Positions 54,467 through 64,000 of a stretch of 64,000 nt of DNA are shown here, piece after piece. The translations under genes were made by a program, and so were the position numbers. The notes beneath the pieces are model-generated. The model saw nothing but the letters and a program-made list of their open reading frames with translations, did no database searches and was not told where the DNA came from. Position 1 is the first letter of the stretch; every line of letters begins with the position of its first letter. The stretch comes from Chiloscyllium plagiosum (Eukaryota), in NCBI RefSeq assembly GCF_004010195.1, contig NC_057750.1, positions 14,425,221 to 14,489,220 of the forward strand, in the 5' to 3' direction.

Positions 54467-55001
54467 ATTGCGTGCAATTCTGAGCTCCTTCCTATCAGAA
54501 AGATGTTGGGAAACTTGAAAGGGTTCAGAAAAGACTTACAAGGATGTTGCCAGGATTGGAGGATCTGAGCTACAGGGAGAGACTGAACAGGCTGTTTTCC
54601 CTGGAGTGTCGGAGGCTGAGGGGTGACCTTATAGAGGTTTACAAAATTATGAGGGGCATGGATAGGATAAAAAGACAAAGTCTTTTCCCTGGGATCAGGG
54701 AGTCCAGAACTAGAGGGCATAGGTTTAGGGTGAGAGGGGAAAGATATAAAAGAGACCTAAGGGGCAACTTTTTCACGCAGAGGGTGGTACGTGTATGGAA
54801 TGAGCTGCCAGAGGATGTGGTGGAGGCTGGTACAATTGCAACATTTAAGAGGCATTTGGATGGGTATATGAATAGGAAGGGTTTGGAGGGATATGGGCCG
54901 GGTGCTGGCAGGTGGGACTAGATTGGGTTGGGATATCTGGTCGGCATGGCCGGGTTGGACCGAAGGGTCTGTTTCCATGCTGTACATCTCTATGACTCTA
55001 T
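54467..55001 (+). mobile_element. Young 5'-truncated CR1-type LINE 3' end
   Basis: ORF 54544..54921; tail ctctatgactctat; sister of 38431-38938. Confidence 0.92.
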
Positions 55002-55012
55002 TTATATGTTGA

Positions 55013-55159
<147 letters not shown>

Positions 55160-55567
55160 TAGCTATGTGCTGCAGCACACAACAACTAGATGAATAAAAA
55201 GCAAATCTGAAATTAGGAAGTAACAAGATAATAGCTATGAAACTGTAATGTATCTGTGAGGAAATAATTACAACATTCTCTGAAGATGTATAAAAGCATT
55301 ACTGTGGTGGAGCATGTAATATTCATGTTAGAGATTTACGCCCTACATCTTTAAATATTTTTTAATTTTTTCACTTGCTTTATTGAGTTTTGCTTAGTTT
55401 CTTTCCTCTAGCTTTGTAAATCAGTTAATCAGTCTATTCTAGTTTATAATTGATTCAGTTGATTTTATTTAATTAGTATTTACTGAATGATTGCGATTGT
55501 ATTTCTGTTTCTATTTTTTACTCATTTTCCGTCCTTTTTTTCTTTTTCACTTTTCTCTGGTCCACAG

Positions 55568-55585
55568 TCATCAAACGTGAAAGTG
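55568..55585 (+). CDS. RYR1: ASII-like alternative micro-exon (equiv. exon 83), (I)IKRES(G)
   Basis: About 60-nt pyrimidine tract, ccacag|TCATCAAACGTGAAAGTG|gtaaat; 18 nt, phase 1-1; resembles mammalian VINRQN. Confidence 0.85.
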
Positions 55586-57934
55586 GTAAATAATTGTTTA
55601 GGGGTGTTTATTTCTTGTTTTTCTTTTCTCACGTGATCTTTGTGTAGGTCAAAACCAACAAAACAGCGTCTGATTCCGTTGACCACTTGCCATAAATGTA
55701 TGACATGCAGATCCGGCCTGGTGGCATTACAACGATTTGAAGAGTTTTGAGCTCCATATTAATTTGCTGCTTCTGGATCTGATGTGAAGTGATCCACTAG
55801 GAACCAAGCTTTAAAGCCAAAACCAGTCCAAAGTCAATTCGCAGCACGGTGCCCATAGCACACAGTTTTTACAAGTACAAAATTATTTTTCAAAGGTTGA
55901 GGCATAACGGGTGACTTGTATATTTCTTACAGTAAAACACTTCGGATGAATTGTAGCTAGAATCGCCAAACTTTTTTTTTCCTTTTTAACTTCTCCCTCC
56001 TGTGCATAAGACAAATTGTTCTCTGGCTAAATGTGCCCGATTCTCCATATGGACCCTGAGGAAATGCTATTACTCCACCCACAAAGGGTAGGAGCAGATT
56101 AAGATGGCTAAAATTTAAAAATCCCCATGACAAGTCTCCAGGCTGTTTCTCCCTGCCACTTCCTTTCCCCTAACACTACCAGGACTAAATATTCCTGTTT
56201 GCTGGGTCTGTTGCTAATCTTCCCTTGCCCAAGTTAGGCCGTCCATCCTTCACCATCCCCATTCCCCTATGTAAATTAGAGAATGTTGGGAAGCTGGGAG
56301 TGGAACTTCAACTGGCCAAGATTGGAATGAAGTTTAGGGATTCTTGTCTGACCGGCTCAGTCTGTAAATGAGTTTGAGAATGTCATGTGCCTTGTCGAGG
56401 ATGAGGAGAGGCTATTACACTTAGGAAATATTCCTGTTCTCCCCCCTTGCCATTGGCATTCTGGACGAATTTGTGGATTGATAATATGTTATTCCTATAT
56501 TATGATGCAGTTTCCATGGTTGTCAAGTCTTGAGGTGGGACTTGAACCTGGAGTTTCTGGCAAAAAGATAGGAATGCTATCCACTGCTTCACAAGACCTC
56601 TTAGAATGCAATGGCAGATGCAAGAGTACCATCTTCATCTAATGTGCTTAACAATAAGTGAAGTGATTACAATAAGAAGGCAATTTAGCTTTGACAATTT
56701 AAAAAAAGCACAAATTTTCAATGAGATTTTAAAATGACAATTTATTTTATACAGGAAAAGTAACAACTAACATTTCTGGAACACCTGTTCTCAAAATTAA
56801 TGAAAGAGTCAAGTAGTGAACCTCTAGGGGGTTCAGTAATGGAGGATTATGTGTCCTAAAAAGATTAAAACAAATTAACAAAATTTTTAAAATAAAATTG
56901 TTTGGAATAGACTATTATCAAGAGTTATTAATTTTATCATTTAAAATCTTCTCCATCTTTTGATCAGATTGCTGTTTTTTTGGTTAATGATGATCTGCAG
57001 TGCATGTTCAATGATAATTTGAATGAATATCTGTCTGATTTTGCTTGTTACATTTGATAATCTTGAACATGCCCAAACTCAGTGCATTGCCAGGTGAGAG
57101 TTTCTAGTGTGAGTAGAATATATAACACTAGCAGATTGTGTGTATGCTTTAAAATTAACAGCGGAATTATTTTAAAAGCATTTGTGAGAAGGCAGTAACG
57201 TTTTAATGATTTGATGAGTACTAAAGGTATAATAGTTAATTATGTTTAACCCCTTATTGGTTAATCTATTTTTCAGAAGGCAAACAAAACGGTTCTGGTA
57301 TGTTGATGAGTATTGCCAGCGAAAGGATTGTTGCATTGTGTGTTTTTATTTTTTGGAACTCTCACTCATCTACTTATACATTCTCCATCAAGTAGATTTT
57401 ACTTCATAAAGTCATGATTACTACTGTCTATAACTAATTCATCCCCATTCATGTTGAATGACTACTATGTCTCTTCATTTAATATTATTGAGAAACAGTG
57501 GGCTAAATTTTCACTTCAGCTGAAAGGCACAATTTGGGCTAAATTGAGTCTGCTTTGATTCCAGCAGCTAGTGCAAATGCAGTGTTCATGGCAGTCAGTG
57601 AATCTGCTGAGTTTTCTCATTGCCTGTGAAAAAAGGAGTTGGCTGATAAAGACAGATAGGAGTAACCGCTTTAAACGCTTAAGTAACCTTGCTCTTCCTC
57701 CATTTAAAAGCGACAGAAATTGCAGGTCAGAGCTCAGCTTTTAGCATGCATTCTAAAAGCTGTTTTTTTTTCATTGGAAGAAAGTGAATTTACCACAAGC
57801 ATGATAGCAGAAATAAAATATTTAAGTGGCAGATAAATCAATATCCTTGTGATAATGTGCTTGCTTTATCTGCTGAATTCAATAACCTGCTGTTACAGAC
57901 GATATAAAAATGTTACCAGCGCATACCATCTGTG

Positions 57935-57978
57935 TGGTTATCATTAATATATGGTTATCATTAATATATGGTTATCAT
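57935..57978. repeat. 17-bp tandem repeat (tggttatcattaatata) x2.6
   Basis: Directly visible. Confidence 0.85.
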
Positions 57979-58034
57979 AAGTGATAGTTCACAATGGGGG
58001 AAAAAAATAACTCATTCATTACACTTCATCATTT

Positions 58035-58620
58035 CTTTTTTCTCTTTCATGTGTCATTGCCCAGGATTTGTTGACCATCCCGTCCCTATTTATCCTTGAA
58101 TTGATTGGCTTGTTTGACCATTTCAAAGGGCAGTTGAGTTGACCACATTGCTGTGACCCTGGAGTCACATGTAGGCCAGGCGAACATGAGGACTGCAGAT
58201 GCTGGAGACCAGAGTCAAAATTGGAGTGGTGCTGGAAATGCTCAGCAAGTCAGGCAGCATCTGAGGAGCAGGAAAATCGAAGTTTCGGGCAGGAATGATG
58301 AAGCCCTGATGAAGGGCTTTTGCCCGAAACATCGCTTTTCCTACTCCTCGGATGCTGCCTGACCTGCTGTGCTTTTCCACCTCACATGTAGGCCAGACCA
58401 GTTGAAGACTGGCAGATTTCCTTTCCTAAACAATATTAGTGAATCAGAGAGTTTTTGCAAGAATTAGTATTAATGATTAATGAAACAGTTTTATTTGCCA
58501 GATTTTAGAAGTGTAATTTAATTTCCACTAGCTCCCAGGGTGGGATTTGAGCCCATGTTCTCAGGCCATTGGCTGGGCTCCTGATTACTAAACCAGCAAT
58601 GTGACCACTTACACTACCAT
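58035..58620 (-). mobile_element. SINE of the 6580-6920 family, interrupted by a Penelope-like insertion
   Basis: ggagtcacatgtaggccagaccag...ggcagatttcctttcctaa is the reverse complement of ~6770-6825. Confidence 0.6.
58180..58381. mobile_element. Fold-back Penelope-like terminal-repeat insertion
   Basis: Perfect 15-bp direct repeat tcacatgtaggccag at 58165-58179 and 58382-58396; opposed arms; CTGATGA...GAAAC core. Confidence 0.85.
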
Positions 58621-60599
58621 TTCATCAATAACCTACCTGAAATGACTGAGCTAAGTTGAGTGGAGCAGTATTTTGATGGTTACTGTATGAAACTAGAGGT
58701 AGCAAGTTGCAGATCCCTCAATGCCTTGTGAAATTGAGATCATTAATTCTCAGGAAAGTTGTAAAAGCACAGTTAGACCCCAGATCTTGTGCTGATCAAC
58801 AATCATTTTGGCAAGTAATATGGTACACAGTTCATTTCTGCCTTGAGAGCTCATTATGGAACAAAGCTTTATTTTGGCAGGAACACGAAAGAGGCAGAAT
58901 GTGGTCAGCTGCCTGTAACCCCCTTACTTCATTTTCCATTCCACTGAAGTTACTGAAAATTATGCAAGGTACAAAACGGACAACCAGTCTGCTGCATCGC
59001 AGTGCATATCATAGCACTGCTGAAATTGAAATTTATCAATGTGTCAAGTAGCTACTGGGCATTTCAGGACTCAGTTCATCCATGCACCAAATGAAGGGAT
59101 GAAAGGAAGGGACTTGGTATTAGTTTTCCATTTTCCAGCAGTTCAATTGTTGAGAGACCAGACCTACCCATTACTGCGCCACAATGTGGCAACTACAACA
59201 GAAACAGTACAACGCGGGGTATTTTGTGGAGCTTACAAGAACAAGAAACATGTTGTGCTGTAATAATTAGCTATGCAGGATCAAAATTTCCATTTCCTGA
59301 TGGCTGCTTAAAATACAGAGCTGAAGACAGCAGGGTGTTTGTGATGCACCTTTCTGCATGTGTTCTGAGGCAGGTTCCCACTTATTATTGATTTTCATTC
59401 CATAAATACTCATTAGCATAAAATCCAATTTTTAGTTGGGTCCTACCTTCAAGATAAAGTCAGCAATCTATCAGAATCTCATGGCACCCGGTTCACCTTT
59501 GTTTAAAGGTAATGGAAGCAAACGCCTTTATGTGTTTCTGCTTGAGGTCAGCAGCTTTCTTGGATAACCTTACAGCACAAGGGAGCGGGCCAGTGGAATG
59601 ATACCTTGCATGGAGGTTGGGGGCTGATAGGTATGACTGATGAGGGAGAGATGTAAAGAGGAATGGAGTAATGGAAGAAGAATCCAAGGGAAGACCGAGG
59701 GTGGCATTGGGGTACAAAGGAGTGAAATGGGAATGGTCTAGTTCCCTTGATGTGCCAGGGCACAGAGTGGAGACTGTCAGTTGTGGTAAGAAACTGAGAC
59801 ACCTAAAAGGCGGAGGTCGGTATTGTCCCCGTGTGCGTCTATTCGGGGTCTTGACCGACAGAGTTCTGACAGGGCTTAAAATTCACCCAGAACATTTGAA
59901 CTATCCTCACGGAGAGTGATCTCAGTCAATGTGCTTTACAATGTTTGGAAGAGAGGGCCAGGAATTTGCAGGATCAGCCATATCCAACAGCGAGGAGAGT
60001 ACAACATCAGGCAGGACCATGAACATTCAATAAAGAGTAAATGCAGAAATACAGATTGCTTCTTCCACATGTGCCCTGTGCACATTGTCAGTTGGTTAAT
60101 TTTAGTTTGAATTGCATGGGAACCAGCAACAAACAAGAGAGTAGAAGGGGCCCACATTCCTGATGTGACTTTAGGAATTCTGTGCCTCAGTTAAAATGTC
60201 ATCCAATGTGGCGCATGCTGTAATTACACTGTCAAACCATTTTTCCTCATGCTTTTAAGCATATTGCAAGGAGAGGGGTTGGAATTTCATAGTGCTGACA
60301 GGATGGGAGGAGTTGTGCAAAAAACAGAATGGGTGGCTAGCCCTCCCACCCCACTCCACTCCACTCCACTCACCACACACCCCCCTTCCTGCACCCTTGA
60401 GTTATCCACATAGCACAGCAAATGAGAAAGGTGTCAGCCAACCTGCCCACTTTGAGTCTTACTGAAACCTTTAAATGGCCAGATAATGGCCTCTTCTTGC
60501 TGCTTCCACAATGCCCTGTTGTGAAATTGAGCTCAATAATTCTAAGGAATTATTATAAAAGCCCAGCCAGACCACAGATCAAAGAATTTTATACCTGAA

Positions 60600-61280
60600 C
60601 CCTTAGGTGTCTGTGTTCTCCAACACTACCCAGGGCCCAACCATTAATTGTATTAGTCCTGCCCTTGTTTGTTTTACCAAAATGCAATACCTCCATTTAT
60701 TCAAATTAAATTCCATCTGCCATTCATTAGCTCATTGACCCAGTTGATCAAGATCTCTGAGATAGGGCAAATACAATCTTAGATAACCTTCTTTACCATC
60801 CACTTTACTAACCGTGCCTCCTATATTCTCATTTAAATCATTTACATAAATGGTCCAGTACCGATCCCTATGGAACACCTCTGGTCAGAGGCCTCCAGTC
60901 CGAAAAACCACCCTCCACCACCCCTTGTTTGTATTTAAGGCTGAGATAGATAAATTCTTGAGGAATCGAGGGTTATGGAGAAACGTGAGGAGTGGTCAGA
61001 TCAACCATGATCCTATAGAGTGGGGAAGCAGGCTTGAGGGGCCGAACAGCTTACTCCCGTTTCTGTTTCTTGTGGTCTTAAAGCATAGAATGATCATTAA
61101 AAATTGAATGTTTTAAGAAAGAATTAGACATAATTCCTAATGCAAAAAAGATCAAAGATATGGGGAGAAAGAGAGACAAGGGTACTTAGTTGGATGATCA
61201 GCCACGAACATACAGAATTGCAGAGCAGGCTTGATGGGTCGGGTGCCTGCAACTGCTTCTATTTTCTATGTTTCTGTATG
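60600..61280. mobile_element. Cluster of decayed CR1-type fragments (minus-strand RT piece, then plus-strand 3' ends)
   Basis: Minus: tctgaccagaggtgttccatagggatcggtactggacc (GVP.GSVLGP-like); plus: FKAEIDKFL and CR1-like tails. Confidence 0.55.
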
Positions 61281-64000
61281 TTCTTCAAAATCAACTGGCC
61301 TGTCTCTATATTATTCCAAATATGCACTACCTTTTGAGCTCTTCGTCTGTTTAAACTTAATTTCATTAATTTGTGTCTTCTAATCTTAATTTCCCAACCT
61401 GGGTTTATCTCCTCTACATTTAGGAACCTAAACACCTTTATTAAGCATTCTTCATTTGTATAAAGCCAGAATATTAAAGTTTTGCAAATCTGAAGTATGA
61501 ACACATACAAAAAACTAGAAAAACTCCACGTGGCAGACAACTTCTCTGGTGAGAAACTGACTTAGCATTTCATGTGAAGATGATCTTTCAACTGATCTAT
61601 CACCAACCTAAAATGTAAACGGTTTCTCTCCACAAATGCTGTCTGACCAGCATTGTTCTTATTTAATTCTTTGTGTGTCTTGGAACTGGGTCTGTTGGGT
61701 CTGTCCTCCTTATGTGATATTACATTAGAAGAGGTTGGAGTAAAAGGACTGAAGTAAGGCAAGTACAAATTTAGCTGGTGTAGTAATCATTCCCCAGACT
61801 AAAGAATGTCCAAACGTCTCAGATTAGGAACTGTCTATAGGCTTTTTAAAATCAGCTCCTCAAGTGTCGATGTTGCACATTTCCTATGCATGTTACATTT
61901 TGTTCACAGCAAAACAATTACACATACAATTAATTTGAAGGAGAGTTTATTTTGTCACAAGGAAAATAAGACTTGGGTAGACTGAACTATGAACCATGTA
62001 TGGAATGCCTGATGTCAGAAGACATGAGCATGGTTACGGAGGTTGTCTCCATCTTTGGTGGGAAACGGAAAGTTTAACCAGTTAGGTTGTTGGTCTAAGT
62101 CTCTTGCTAATCGACTTTCCCAGATTGCTTGAGAAATGTATGTTCTACCTTTACTTGTAAAATTATGTCTACTAAGTATAGATGGGTAATCTGTTAACTT
62201 ACAAGTGCAGTTGTGCTGTAATTGCACTGGGGATGGAATAAGTTCCATTTCAGATGAAAATTTTGCCCAGATTTCCTTTTAACATGTTCTTATTGAAGTG
62301 ATTTTCTTAACATTACCAATGTTACTAATGTACAAAGAGCAGGGCTAGAGAGAGTTAAACAGCCAGTGTTCATTTTATAGTTTCATCAACAACAGAGGAC
62401 TGTCTTTTCTTTATGTCTGATCTCACCTCATCACAGGAAGGTATTAGAGATTAGATAAGAAGAATAAAGTTGATGGGGAAAGAGGATGCTAGAGTCTTAA
62501 TTTTCCGTGATTATAGAATTTGTAAAGTGCCTTTGATCTTATAAAACATTGCAAAATGTTTCTGAAGAGTAAGGGAATTGGCAGTCCAGGACACACATTG
62601 GGAGAATTGTCAGTTGAGTATTTGGAAATGTAGTCAACAAAAGAGCTTTTGGGATTTCCATTAGGATATAGAAAGAGCTAGCCAGATGGATTACAGCACA
62701 CAACTGAGGCTGCCATCAGTCATGGGGCAAAGAAAGGCATACAGGAGAGGGGATGTTGTGAGCTGGATGAAGAGTCAGTAGAAGTTATAGAAGTAGTGTG
62801 AAGTGAAGACTTTAAGATTTTGAAATCAATGTACTGACAGGGATCCAATCAGGTGATGACATAGTAACAAGGTTGAAATGGCATCCTCAGCTTGATGATG
62901 TCATGAACAACAACAATAAACATAAAGCCATTTCTAAACACCCAAATCATACAAATATAATTGTCATGCATATTTCTATACTTCATATAAATGTATATAT
63001 GTACATTTTAGTCCTAATTTGTTTCTAAACAAATTACTAATTCACTGGTTGTTATTGAGGTTGAATACTGTTAACATCTGAAGAGTTGTGTCAAATAACA
63101 AGTGCGTAGATTTGTGATTGAAATTTTGACTTAATATACCATTTCCCCCCATCCCCAAAAATATCACAAAACTTATATTTGTGAATCTTATCCCACCAAT
63201 AACTGCTGTGTGACTTTGGTTCTTTATCTTAATAGCTGACATACATATTTAGATGGACACAGTACTAGTTAGAGCAAATATTTGTGGATTATAAACTAAT
63301 CAAATTGCAAAACAGGAAAACTATGCAACACCAATGAGGTGTGTGCATAATCAATTCTACCTCAGCTACAGGCACTGATATCATCCTGCAGGTCAGTCCC
63401 AGAAATGGTGCAGCCAAGCCAAAATCAAAAGGCAGACAGGCTAACCTCACCTTTATTAGTTTAACCACTTGAAATTTACGTCTCAAGCTGACCAGTTCTA
63501 AGCGAGGAAGTTAAGTTGTAAATTACAGATAGAATACACCAAAAAAAAGTAGATTTGATTTTAACCTAGACTTTATGTCCTCTCAGGTTTCTTCCCTATC
63601 TTTCTGGAGGCTATGATCTGGTCCATTCCACAGATGTTTGCTGATTCACTATGACGTCCAGTTGTTTGGACCAGGTTGAGAGTGTTACCATTGGTTGTAG
63701 CGCAGAATTGTTACAGTGCATAAGGAGACCAAATGGCCTATTATGTATGTCTGCACCACAAACAAGCCTAATATCTCTTTCATCCAATATCTTGAGTGCA
63801 TCCTTGCTGGATTAAATGAATATCAATCTGAAGCAGAAATTCCTGCTGATATAATCATCTTTTTAGTGTTGCCCCCACCCAGCCTTATTTACCTGGGTTT
63901 ACCAAGGCATGATGCCATGCCTCTATGTCTATTGTAATGAGATTAACAAATTCACCACAAACCAGGAATCAGTGACAGATGCCTAGAAATCAGGCTGTCT

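Noticed and set aside
55586..64000. Next constitutive exon (GEKVM.DDEFT.DLFRFLQLLCEGHN)
   Set aside because: Not found by eye; presumably beyond the window end.

Overview
Eukaryotic, AT-rich, intron-dominated window lying entirely inside one large + strand gene: a ryanodine receptor of the skeletal-muscle RYR1 type. I read 16 GT-AG exons (566-55585) that splice in frame and match human RYR1 exons 68-83 (numbering and sizes from memory). They include the ASI- and ASII-like micro-exons and the calmodulin-binding helix; the next expected exon (GEKVM...) was not found. The repeats (HE1-like V-SINEs, CR1-type LINEs, Penelope-like elements) point to a cartilaginous fish, probably a shark (inference). 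Main observations: (1) a 100-nt exon-like paralogue (29929-30028) just upstream of the exon-75 equivalent, with the same phases, i.e. a candidate mutually exclusive exon pair next to the CaM site; (2) extra candidate micro-exons; (3) many short Penelope-derived fold-back insertions with target-site duplications and minimal hammerhead-ribozyme cores, several in the sense of the pre-mRNA, one carrying a captured piece of neighbouring DNA. Most ORF-track entries are repeat fragments or noise.
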